Assembly: GCA_050124975.1 (NCBI GenBank)
Contig: JASFEF010000001.1
Coordinates: 26,122-90,121, forward strand
Reading direction: 5' to 3'
Length of the DNA stretch: 64,000 bases
Origin: Candidatus Thorarchaeota archaeon
Lineage (GTDB): Archaea > Asgardarchaeota > Thorarchaeia > Thorarchaeales > Thorarchaeaceae
In this document: one piece after another, positions 18,614-27,366 of the stretch
Position numbering within the stretch: the stretch's first letter is position 1
How the letters are laid out: every line of letters begins with the position of its first letter
Program-made: the position numbers and the translations under genes
The notes under the pieces: model-generated
Databases searched by the model: none
Told to the model about the DNA's origin: nothing
The model's input: only the letters and a program-made list of their open reading frames with translations

Positions 18614-18768
18614 ACTTGATTCGGTAACAACTTTTGGTCAGTGGACAAATCTTAAAAACAGAGGCTGGCTCCGCTCGCGGTGTAGTAAGAATAGCCCGAG
18701 TGATGTGACTATTCGACTTTGTGATGATTTTGATATCACTTTGGCTGCAAAACTACAGGTGAAATTTA

Positions 18769-19776
18769 ATGGCGCATAGAAAGAAACATGCTCCTAGAAG
18801 GGGCAGTCTTGCTTATCTTCCAAGAGGAAGGGCATCGAAGTTCCTACCTAGAATAAAGAACTGGCCCTCCTTCGATGTTGATTCCGCAAAACTACTTGGT
18901 TTCGTTGGTTACAAAGCTGGTATGACACACGCGGTGATGACAATCGAGAATCCTGACAGCCCTTATCAGGGACAGGAAACCGTGATTCCAGTCACAGTTA
19001 TCGATACACCACCAATCAGACCATTCTCAATCCGTGGCTATGGAGCGACACCATATGGTCGTAAACTAGTCACTGAGGTTCTCGCTGAAACACTCTCGGA
19101 GGACCTTCGGAAAGCAATGCCTTTCCCCAAAGAATACGACCAAAAAACCAAGATGAAAGAGTTCGAGGAGAAACTTGACTCACTTGTTGAGATTCGGATG
19201 CTTATCCACACTCAGCCAAGACTTGCAGGAGTACCTAAGAAGAAACCCGATATAACAGAGTACAAAGTAGGCGCTCCGAGTGTCAGAGAAGCCTTTGAGT
19301 ACGCTCAGAGTATCCTTGGCACTGATGTCAGAGTCGCAGACATTCTCGATGAAGGAATTCTTGTCGATAGTATCGCTGTGACTAAGGGTCACGGATTTCA
19401 GGGTCCTGTACGCCGTTGGGGAGTACGAATTCTCCAGCACAAATCAAGAAAGACAAAACGTGGCGTGGGTTGCATTGGTCCATGGACCCCTTCCAACATC
19501 AGGTACTCAGTACCACGTCCAGGACAGACCGGATTCCATACTCGTACTAGTTTCAACAATAAGGTGTTGAAGATGGGTGAGCGTGGTGAGGAAATTACCC
19601 CCTCTGGAGGTTTTGTGAACTACGGCGTGATACGCGGCGACTACATAATGCTTCATGGATCTATCCCTGGTACAGTCAAGAGACCAGTGCGATTCAGATT
19701 CGCCATTCGTCCTAAGAAGGGACACGTGGATGCACCTACTCAGGTGAGCTACATCAGCACTGCATCGAAGCAGTAG
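18769..19776 (+). CDS. rpl3: 50S ribosomal protein L3 (uL3)
   Basis: 335 aa; typical archaeal uL3 sequence and its position at the head of the L3-L4-L23-L2 cluster. Confidence 0.95.
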   Translation: MAHRKKHAPRRGSLAYLPRGRASKFLPRIKNWPSFDVDSAKLLGFVGYKAGMTHAVMTIENPDSPYQGQETVIPVTVIDTPPIRPFSIRGYGATPYGRKLVTEVLAETLSEDLRKAMPFPKEYDQKTKMKEFEEKLDSLVEIRMLIHTQPRLAGVPKKKPDITEYKVGAPSVREAFEYAQSILGTDVRVADILDEGILVDSIAVTKGHGFQGPVRRWGVRILQHKSRKTKRGVGCIGPWTPSNIRYSVPRPGQTGFHTRTSFNNKVLKMGERGEEITPSGGFVNYGVIRGDYIMLHGSIPGTVKRPVRFRFAIRPKKGHVDAPTQVSYISTASKQ

Positions 19777-19782
19777 TGGAGG

Positions 19783-20583
19783 TTGATGGCTATGACAAGC
19801 GTAAAGACATATAATTTGAAGGGCAAGCCAACGAAGGAATCTGTTTCACTACCCTCACAGTTTGAAACTCCCTACCGCCCAGATGTAATCAAACGAGCTG
19901 TACTCGCTGTTCAATCACGGAGATATCAACCCCATGGTGTTGATGAGCTAGCTGGAAAGCGAAACACTGCTCAGAGCTGGCAGACTGGACATGGTAAGTC
20001 AAGGGTGCCCCGAGTGAAAGGAAGTGGTACTGGAGCTGCTAACAAAGCTGCCTTTGCTCCCGGTACAGTCGGAGGTCGAGTCGCACATCCTCCTGAGGCT
20101 AGAAAAGTCATTGTTGAACGAATAAACACCAAAGAGAACCGTCTGGCCATCCGATCGGCTATTGCAGCCTCTGCAAATGCTGATTTCGTTATGGCTCGAG
20201 GACACAAGATAGACAATGTTCCTCAGATTCCTTTGGTCGTGAGTGACAAGTTGGAATCCCTTTCCACAACAAAGGAAGCTTTTGAAACGCTAATCTTTCT
20301 TGGTCTAGGTGATGACCTTGATAGGGCCAGAGATGGTCGTGGTATCAGAGCCGGTAAGGGTAAGATGCGAGGTCGTAAGATGAAGACTCCCAAGTCTCTT
20401 CTCATTGTTGTGGGCGAAGACTCTGGTATCTCAAGAGCTGTAAGAAATCTCCCTGGAGTGGACATAACAGAGGTTCAAGGGCTGAATGTAGAACTTCTTG
20501 CTCCCGGGACACATCCCGGACGCCTTGTGATCTGGACAAAGTCCGCCATTGACAGGCTTCAGAAGGAGAACCTGTTTGTTTGA
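19783..20583 (+). CDS. rpl4: 50S ribosomal protein L4 (uL4)
   Basis: 266 aa; synteny and typical uL4 sequence. Confidence 0.9.
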   Translation: MMAMTSVKTYNLKGKPTKESVSLPSQFETPYRPDVIKRAVLAVQSRRYQPHGVDELAGKRNTAQSWQTGHGKSRVPRVKGSGTGAANKAAFAPGTVGGRVAHPPEARKVIVERINTKENRLAIRSAIAASANADFVMARGHKIDNVPQIPLVVSDKLESLSTTKEAFETLIFLGLGDDLDRARDGRGIRAGKGKMRGRKMKTPKSLLIVVGEDSGISRAVRNLPGVDITEVQGLNVELLAPGTHPGRLVIWTKSAIDRLQKENLFV

Positions 20584-20592
20584 GGTGAGCAA

Positions 20593-20856
20593 ATGAAAGA
20601 TCCGAATGAAATCATTATTCGCCCGGTCGTGACAGAAGCAAGCCTTGAGGCTGTGGATCAAGAGAACAAGCTCATCTTCTATGTAGCTCGAACCGCAAAC
20701 AAGAACACAATCAAGTGGGCTGTTGAAAGTCTCTATGAGGTTGTGGTCGAGAAGGTCAACACCCTCATAATGCCTAACGGAAAGAAGAAGGCATTAGTGA
20801 GGTTAGCACCTGAGTATAGTGCCGCAGAGGTTGCAACCAACCTCGGGATATTCTAA
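20593..20856 (+). CDS. rpl23: 50S ribosomal protein L23 (uL23)
   Basis: 87 aa; synteny and sequence. Confidence 0.9.
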   Translation: MKDPNEIIIRPVVTEASLEAVDQENKLIFYVARTANKNTIKWAVESLYEVVVEKVNTLIMPNGKKKALVRLAPEYSAAEVATNLGIF

Positions 20857-20868
20857 GGGGGTTTGTGA

Positions 20869-21588
20869 ATGGGTAAACGAATTCTGGTACAACGAAAAGG
20901 TCGTGGTACTACACAGTGGAGGTCTCCAAGCCACAAGAAGATAGCCCCAGCTAGACATCCCAAGTGGGCTCCAAACAAGACCTACATTGGCACTATTGTG
21001 AACCTTCACCATGAATCTGGTAGAGGTGCACCTCTAGCAGAGATTAGGTACGAAGGTGAGTCGAAGATACACTACATGGTGGCTCCCGAAGGTGCTCAGG
21101 TTGGTCAGACAATAGAATGCGGTGAAGACGCTGCGTTGGCAAACGGCAACACACTGCTGCTCGAACACATTCCCGAGGGTACTCCTGTCTATAACATAGA
21201 AGGGAGCCCTGGAGATGGTGGTAAGTACGTTAAATCATCAGGTCTTGCTGCTACAATTGTGTCAATTGACAAGACGAAGGCCATGGTACGACTCCCCAGT
21301 GGCAGACAGAAAGCATTCAGTCCTCGATGTCGCGCAACAATCGGCATCGTGGCTGGTGGTGGTCGTCCAGAGAAGCCATTCCTTAAGGCTGGAGCAGTTT
21401 GGCACCATGTTCGAGGAAAGGCGAGGAAATGGCCTGTTACCAGAGGTGCTGCAATGAATGCTGCATCACACCCACACGGGGGTGGCTCACACCAGTCACC
21501 TGGTCGACCGACCACTGTCAGCAGAAATGCACCCCCTGGTCGTAAGGTTGGAAACATCGCGGCTAGGCGGACAGGTCGAAAGAAGTAA
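20869..21588 (+). CDS. rpl2: 50S ribosomal protein L2 (uL2)
   Basis: 239 aa with the conserved SHPHGGG motif. Confidence 0.95.
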   Translation: MGKRILVQRKGRGTTQWRSPSHKKIAPARHPKWAPNKTYIGTIVNLHHESGRGAPLAEIRYEGESKIHYMVAPEGAQVGQTIECGEDAALANGNTLLLEHIPEGTPVYNIEGSPGDGGKYVKSSGLAATIVSIDKTKAMVRLPSGRQKAFSPRCRATIGIVAGGGRPEKPFLKAGAVWHHVRGKARKWPVTRGAAMNAASHPHGGGSHQSPGRPTTVSRNAPPGRKVGNIAARRTGRKK

Positions 21589-21596
21589 CATCAATC

Positions 21597-21620
21597 AAGA
21601 AGAGAGTTCGCTCTCTTCTT
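21597..21620 (+). terminator. Perfect 10-bp hairpin followed by T-rich tract after rpl2
   Basis: The hairpin is aagaagagag-ttcg-ctctcttctt, followed by ttcaactcttttt. Confidence 0.5.
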
Positions 21621-21710
21621 TTCAACTCTTTTTGAAATCTATGTGGACAATCGCTGGGTAATACATGGAGTGATATCTCTCTATGACACCAGTGCTATAG
21701 AGGACTAGAC

Positions 21711-21893
21711 ATGCGTCTCATAGCAGTGCACTTGCCAGAGAAGATTGTTGAGGACATTCAACGCTTGGTAGACAAGGGTCTCTATCCTAATAGATCAGAA
21801 GCGATTCGGAATGCCATCCGTGACCTCTTAAAGCGGGAGTTGTGGGATGGCACCATTAACACAAGTGGTAGGTTGAGCGAGGTCGTAGGATAA
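21711..21893 (+). CDS. Ribbon-helix-helix (CopG-like) protein, CdrS-like, coupled to ftsZ
   Basis: 60 aa with RHH pattern (RLIAVHLPEKIVEDI...YPNRSEAIRNAIRDLL). Its TAA stop overlaps the ftsZ ATG (TAATG). Confidence 0.6.
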   Translation: MRLIAVHLPEKIVEDIQRLVDKGLYPNRSEAIRNAIRDLLKRELWDGTINTSGRLSEVVG

Positions 21894-23152
21894 TGAAATC
21901 ACTGATAGATGCCGCACGTGAACACAGCCGTGGAGAGCGAGGCATGTCTTCAGTCCGTGATATGGGACAAGCCAGGATTGTGGTCGTTGGATGTGGTGGT
22001 GCTGGAAATAATACAGTGAAACGACTCATGACTATTGGTGTTCAGGGCGCGGAATGCGTAGCAATCAACACCGATCGTCAACATCTTGCAGTCACAACAG
22101 CACATAGGAAGCTTCTGATTGGTGAAAGAATAACCCGCGGCTTAGGAGCTGGTGGCTATCCGCATGTAGGTAGAGCCGCAGCAGAAGAGTCAACTGGCCA
22201 ACTTACTGAGCTCTTACGAGATGCTGACTTAGTCTTCATTGCCGCAGGAATGGGTGGTGGTACAGGGACTGGAAGTGCTCCTGTAGTGGCTGAGATAGCC
22301 AAGAACAGTGATGCTATTGTTGTTGGTGTCATCACAATGCCATTCAATCTTGAAAGAACACGTATTGACAAGGCAAAAACGGGTCTGGCACGTTTGCAGG
22401 AAAATGTAGACACGGCCGTGGTCATTGACAATCAGAAACTGATGGAGCTAGTTCCAGACCTCCCGCTAGAGGAGGCATTTGGAGTTGCAGATGAGGTTCT
22501 AGCGAACATGGTAAAGGGAATTACTGAAACAATAACCATGCCTAGTCTGATAAACCTCGATTATGCTGATGTTCGTTCAATAATCTGTAATGGCGGGGTT
22601 GCACTTGTGGGTCTTGGAGAAGCAACCGGAGCTGATCGTGCCAACGAAGCCATAAAGAATGCTCTCAATAGCCCCCTCCTAGAGGTAGAATGGAGTGGTG
22701 CAACTGGTGCATTAATCCACATCACAGGTGGTCCTGACATGAGTCTAGCTGAGTCTAACAAGGTTGGTGAACTCGTGTCTGAAAAGATGAGTTCGGACGC
22801 TAATGTCATTTGGGGAGCTCGAGTCGATCCACGACTTAGCGGTATTCTCCGTGTTATGCTTATTCTCACCGGAGTTAAAAGTCCTCAACTCTTGGCACGG
22901 TCCAAAGAAGAGAGCAAACTCTCCTCAACAACAAAGCGTCTTGCCGAGTATGGAATAATAAGCTCCCAAATCACATCCCTAGGTTCCAGAGAAGCTAGAG
23001 AGCGAGCTTTTGGCAAAATCCCTGAATCTCAAGGAAGGTCTTGGGAAGACCGACTCAAACCCTTGGAACGAACGCTGACTCGTAAATCAGTAAAGAAAAA
23101 AGAGGCTAAAAAGAGAGAACTTGAAGAGTTAGGTCTCCGAAGGCTTCTTTGA
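21893..23152 (+). CDS. ftsZ: Cell division GTPase FtsZ
   Basis: 419 aa with GCGGAGNN and the tubulin signature GMGGGTGTGSAP. Charged C-terminal tail. Confidence 0.95.
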   Translation: MKSLIDAAREHSRGERGMSSVRDMGQARIVVVGCGGAGNNTVKRLMTIGVQGAECVAINTDRQHLAVTTAHRKLLIGERITRGLGAGGYPHVGRAAAEESTGQLTELLRDADLVFIAAGMGGGTGTGSAPVVAEIAKNSDAIVVGVITMPFNLERTRIDKAKTGLARLQENVDTAVVIDNQKLMELVPDLPLEEAFGVADEVLANMVKGITETITMPSLINLDYADVRSIICNGGVALVGLGEATGADRANEAIKNALNSPLLEVEWSGATGALIHITGGPDMSLAESNKVGELVSEKMSSDANVIWGARVDPRLSGILRVMLILTGVKSPQLLARSKEESKLSSTTKRLAEYGIISSQITSLGSREARERAFGKIPESQGRSWEDRLKPLERTLTRKSVKKKEAKKRELEELGLRRLL

Positions 23153-23259
23153 TACAAAGTAATCGACAATGACTTTGGTCGCAGCGAAATGTCTAGTCAT
23201 GCCTAGTCTTGACTCAAGATTGTGTTCGAATCATATGCTCATATGGCTCATAGTAACTT

Positions 23260-23691
23260 CTATGCTAGACCGTGTTCTTTCAACCAGTCATCTGCAATTA
23301 CTGCTACTCGTTCATATAGTGGACCACTGCCTTCTATACCATCTTTTGAAATACGAATCTTATTCATGACGAGTATTATCCCTGTATCAGGATAGAACTG
23401 CACACCACCAGGTGGGAATGTCTTCTCTAGCTCCTTTGCTAGCCCTTCAAGACTGATCTCTCTCTCTGCAACTGAGAATGAAACAATACTACTGCCATAG
23501 ATGAAGATCTTTGGAATGTTTGTTTCATCATCAGCAACGACATCGGAGAGGACAATGCTCAGAGTATTCTGATCAATACCCTTCAAAGTGCCTGCATAGG
23601 ACTTGCCTGTGTTGATTACTACTTCAACTGTTGCGCCAACAACTGCTGCAAGCTCGCGGTTGAAGGCTCTCATTGCTGCGACATCTGACAT
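23260..23691 (-). CDS. Sm-like (LSm) protein with a ~70-aa C-terminal extension
   Basis: 143 aa with an Sm1/Sm2-like pattern (VEVVINTGKSYAGTLKGIDQNTLSIVLSD...IFIYGSSIVSF). Confidence 0.45.
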   Translation of the reverse strand: MSDVAAMRAFNRELAAVVGATVEVVINTGKSYAGTLKGIDQNTLSIVLSDVVADDETNIPKIFIYGSSIVSFSVAEREISLEGLAKELEKTFPPGGVQFYPDTGIILVMNKIRISKDGIEGSGPLYERVAVIADDWLKEHGLA

Positions 23692-23863
23692 CTAGTTTCA
23701 CCACTAAAGTGATTGAAATCAGAATGGAGGGCGCAGTCATGCCGTTTTAAAATTGATGCTAGCACGGTTTCTTCCTCATACATCTCAAGATACTATCTAT
23801 CGGTGCTTAAATTGCACTAACAATCACGTCATGGCAGTTCATAACAGAGTAGAGGCCAGATAA

Positions 23864-24817
23864 ATGGCAACAACACAGGTTCAAGAGATAATCGAATCCG
23901 AACAAGTAGAACCATCCGCGTGGTCATCACTTAGCCTCCTAATAATTGGAGGAATCATGTTAACAATTGCTGCAGCCTGGCGAGTAGTGGATCAATTTGT
24001 ACTCGGTCTTGGTGATACATGGTTGAATATCATGCCGTCAAAGCTATTTCCATTCCTGATAATTTTCGGCTTTTTCTGGAGATATCGACCCAAAGAAATC
24101 GGCTCAGTTCTGGGTCTGACAAGAGAGAACTTCCAAGCCCAACTAGCTGTTGGGCTATTGATTGGTATAGCAATCTCCATTGGCATTGATTTTGGTGGGA
24201 CTATTGTTTACGGTCTTTTCATTGACCCGACATATCCACTACAATTGCACATTCTAAACGTAGATTTGCTTGGATACATGCTGATCTTCTTCTTGACAAA
24301 CGCGTTTCTTGAAGAAACCCTATTTCGAGGTCTTCTGATTAACGCCTTCAAGACCCGTCAGAGTTCTAACAGAGCAATCATGCTCTCCGCCATCATATTT
24401 GGCATCTGGCATGCAGGATGGCCATTGGTGAATGGAGGTGCAGATGTAATGAACCAAGTTGCCTCAATGGTCTTCTTCACGACAATTCTTGGAATCTTTC
24501 TTGGTATTTACTACGAACGATTCAATTCTAGTCGGTCGCTTGTAGGCCCAATATTCATTCACACGATGTTCAATTATTTCAGTGAATGTTTCAAGATTGG
24601 TCCTGAACCCACTATTCAGGGTCCTGATCTAATCTTCTCAAATCCTGGACTTATGGCTACTACCCTTTTGATGTTCTTCTTGATATTCGTCCCACTGGGC
24701 ATTTTCCTGTGGAAGTTCAAAATCGAACAGGTTTCGGTCATGTGGCATCGATTGATTGGCAAACAAAACGACTCTGAAAATGAAATAATGACAAGTAGAA
24801 ACAATAGTGAGGTTTAG
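23864..24817 (+). CDS. CPBP-family intramembrane glutamic endopeptidase (CAAX protease-like)
   Basis: 317 aa, polytopic, with motifs EETLFRG and FGIWH. Confidence 0.8.
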   Translation: MATTQVQEIIESEQVEPSAWSSLSLLIIGGIMLTIAAAWRVVDQFVLGLGDTWLNIMPSKLFPFLIIFGFFWRYRPKEIGSVLGLTRENFQAQLAVGLLIGIAISIGIDFGGTIVYGLFIDPTYPLQLHILNVDLLGYMLIFFLTNAFLEETLFRGLLINAFKTRQSSNRAIMLSAIIFGIWHAGWPLVNGGADVMNQVASMVFFTTILGIFLGIYYERFNSSRSLVGPIFIHTMFNYFSECFKIGPEPTIQGPDLIFSNPGLMATTLLMFFLIFVPLGIFLWKFKIEQVSVMWHRLIGKQNDSENEIMTSRNNSEV

Positions 24818-24820
24818 AAA

Positions 24821-25507
24821 ATGCAAATTGGTACAGACTTGGTTTTGTTATCTAGTATGGCAACTGTAGTCATAGCCCTATCTCTTAGTGGATACCTGGG
24901 CCGTAAGTGGTTTTCTCAGAAGGTCAGGCTTCTTACCGATCTTCCTCTAGTGTTTGCCATCGCGTTTGTGGGTCAGGCTTTCAATATCGCGATAGTCACA
25001 TTGCAACATATTGGAATACTGCCTGCAACAACGATATTCTTCCGGATTAGGACGATAGGGATTGGCGGTTCAATCGTTCCAATATTCGGTGCTATTCTAC
25101 AAATCTGGGCACCCTCTATCCAGAGATATCACAATAGGATGGTCTATCTCCTTACCATCTACTGGTTGGGTATAGACTTCGTCATGCCAACTGAAACAAT
25201 AATCATGACCCTGCTGATTCCTGTCTTGGTCATCCTTGGAATTATGATGATGTTCACATTCATCATAACTTGGAGAACTGGTCGTCTGAAAGAAGTTAGA
25301 AGTGAACTCATGGTCCTATCAGTTCTATTTGGAATGTCCAGTCAGATACTTCGAGTCCCACTTCTGGCGACATCTCTGTTCTACCTTCCTGATGTATTAC
25401 TAGCGATCTCAATGGTTCTAACCGCAATTGCATTCGGTAATCCCTGGTACAATAGAGAAAAGAAAGCCAAACCTGAGGAATACCCACATGTGGTAACAGT
25501 TCCTTAG
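24821..25507 (+). CDS. Polytopic membrane protein, unknown function
   Basis: 228 aa, about 6-7 hydrophobic segments, 3 nt after the CPBP gene. Confidence 0.5.
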   Translation: MQIGTDLVLLSSMATVVIALSLSGYLGRKWFSQKVRLLTDLPLVFAIAFVGQAFNIAIVTLQHIGILPATTIFFRIRTIGIGGSIVPIFGAILQIWAPSIQRYHNRMVYLLTIYWLGIDFVMPTETIIMTLLIPVLVILGIMMMFTFIITWRTGRLKEVRSELMVLSVLFGMSSQILRVPLLATSLFYLPDVLLAISMVLTAIAFGNPWYNREKKAKPEEYPHVVTVP

Positions 25508-25525
25508 ATTCGCAACATAGAGAAA

Positions 25526-25558
25526 TACAGCAGGGGGGAGCCCTTTAACCCTGCTGTA
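25526..25558 (+). terminator. 10-bp inverted repeat (tacagcaggg ... ccctgctgta), 13-nt loop
   Basis: Read directly between the membrane-protein gene and the oxidoreductase beta gene. Could be a terminator or an operator. Confidence 0.35.
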
Positions 25559-25633
25559 CTCTTCAATATTTTACATGCCCTAGAGAATGTGTTATTAGTC
25601 TCCCATTCCGCAGCGGAAGTGGGTGTTGGTCCT

Positions 25634-26461
25634 ATGGTCCGTCAAAAGCACTTCGCAAGACAATATCTTAGGGAGGAAGCTTTACCCTCGCCATTCTGTC
25701 CCGGCTGCGGCAGTGGAGAAGTCAGCAATGCATTTCTGAAGGCAGTCAGTGATTTTGGTCAAAAGGACCTAAGTAAGTTCGCTTTTGTTTCTGGTATTGG
25801 CTGTAGTGCATGGATTCCCTCACCACATTTCAAAGCTGATACATTACATACAACACATGGTAGAGCTATTGCCTTTGCTACCGGTCTCAAGCTGGCCCAA
25901 CCCGAACTGAAAGTGGTTGTAATTAGTGGTGATGGAGATTTAGCAGCAATCGGAGGAAACCATCTCATTCATGCTGCTAGACGGAACATAGACATGACAG
26001 TAATCTGTGTTAACAACTTTATCTATGGAATGACTGGGGGGCAGGTAGGACCTACAACATTCACGGGAGACCGTACAACTACATCGCCATATGGTAACCC
26101 TGAACGACCATTTGATTTGGCGAGACTAGTTGCAGCTGCAGGTGCTAACTACGTTGCACGATGGACAACGGCTCACCCAATACAGGCTGCACGATCAATA
26201 CGGACTGCACTTGAACGTGAGGGCTTCTCTTTTGTTGAGATGATCTCACAATGTCCTACTGCTTATGGCAGAAGAACACGTTCTGGTACGCCCCCAGAGA
26301 TGTTGAAATGGTTCAAGAAACTTCCAGTCCGCAAGAAGGGAGACCCCCTTGACCAGAGAATTCCAACCAAGGAAGGAATGGACTTGGGAATCTTTATTGA
26401 TAGGCATGAAACCCCATTTACCGAACTGCTACGGGAAACATATAGCGATATAGAGGGGTAG
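25634..26461 (+). CDS. 2-oxoacid:ferredoxin oxidoreductase beta (TPP-binding) subunit
   Basis: CPGCG near the N-terminus and a TPP motif ISGDGD...NN..YGMTGGQ. The ORF opens at 25589; ATG 25634 is the likely start. Confidence 0.85.
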   Translation: MVRQKHFARQYLREEALPSPFCPGCGSGEVSNAFLKAVSDFGQKDLSKFAFVSGIGCSAWIPSPHFKADTLHTTHGRAIAFATGLKLAQPELKVVVISGDGDLAAIGGNHLIHAARRNIDMTVICVNNFIYGMTGGQVGPTTFTGDRTTTSPYGNPERPFDLARLVAAAGANYVARWTTAHPIQAARSIRTALEREGFSFVEMISQCPTAYGRRTRSGTPPEMLKWFKKLPVRKKGDPLDQRIPTKEGMDLGIFIDRHETPFTELLRETYSDIEG

Positions 26462-26467
26462 AAATTC

Positions 26468-26992
26468 ATGAAGACCGAAATACGAATCGCTGGCACTGGC
26501 GGCATGGGTGTTGTCTTGGCTGGTGTGATTCTTGGACATGCAGCTGTTGTCTATGGCGGTCTCGAGGCTGTCCAGAGTCAGAGTTACGGTTCTGAGGCTA
26601 GAGGAACTGCAGCTAAGAGTGAGGTCATTGTAAGTGACAAGCCCATCAAATACCCGAAAGTCAGAGAGTCAGACTACTTCCTCGTGATGTCACAGAAGGC
26701 ACTCAAGATGTATCTGCCAGGTGCCAAGAAGGGTAGTGTAATCATCGTGGACCCTGATCTTGTTGACACGAAGAAGGCTAAGGGCTACAAGATTGTCAAT
26801 GTTCCAGCAATGAAGACAGCTGATAAATTGGGTCTGAGACTTGTTTCAAATATGGTCATGCTTGGAGCATTTGTGATGAAATCTGGTCTATTCCCGCTAG
26901 AAACGCTTGAGAAAGCAGTTGCTGATCTTATCAATGAAAAGGCTCTTGATTTAGACATCAAGGCAATAAGAGCTGGAGCAGAACTCGTTTAA
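26468..26992 (+). CDS. 2-oxoacid:ferredoxin oxidoreductase gamma subunit
   Basis: 174 aa with the N-terminal IAGTGGMGVVLAG pattern of the gamma family. Confidence 0.8.
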   Translation: MKTEIRIAGTGGMGVVLAGVILGHAAVVYGGLEAVQSQSYGSEARGTAAKSEVIVSDKPIKYPKVRESDYFLVMSQKALKMYLPGAKKGSVIIVDPDLVDTKKAKGYKIVNVPAMKTADKLGLRLVSNMVMLGAFVMKSGLFPLETLEKAVADLINEKALDLDIKAIRAGAELV

Positions 26993-27288
26993 CCTCCATG
27001 AATCAGTGGTAGGACTACGATAATATCCCCCTCATTCATTCTTGTGTCAAGTCCCCCACTGAGACCAATATCTGTTCCATTACACAGAATCAAAGCATCA
27101 CGGTCAATCACTTCTGGATTGGACCACACTTCTCTCATACTTTCCTCTCTTTTAATCACCGAACTCAACAAATCCGACAGACTTGCATCATTGTCCAGCT
27201 CTACTTTAATAGCCCCTTCTTTGAACTTCTTTGCCAATGGTCCTCTGAAACGAAGTGTGACTTTCATAATGCATTGCCACTCGCTCAT
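26989..27288 (-). CDS. MoaD/ThiS/SAMP-type ubiquitin-like beta-grasp protein ending in Gly-Gly
   Basis: The C-terminus is ...VVLPLIHGG*. The likely start is the internal MKVTLRF (27267). Confidence 0.65.
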   Translation of the reverse strand: MSEWQCIMKVTLRFRGPLAKKFKEGAIKVELDNDASLSDLLSSVIKREESMREVWSNPEVIDRDALILCNGTDIGLSGGLDTRMNEGDIIVVLPLIHGG

Positions 27289-27366
27289 GGTGAGTGAATG
27301 CTTGATAAAGTGAATGCTTCGTGCTCAAGTATGAATCTCTATATGGGGTGACTCTTAGTCGAGGTT

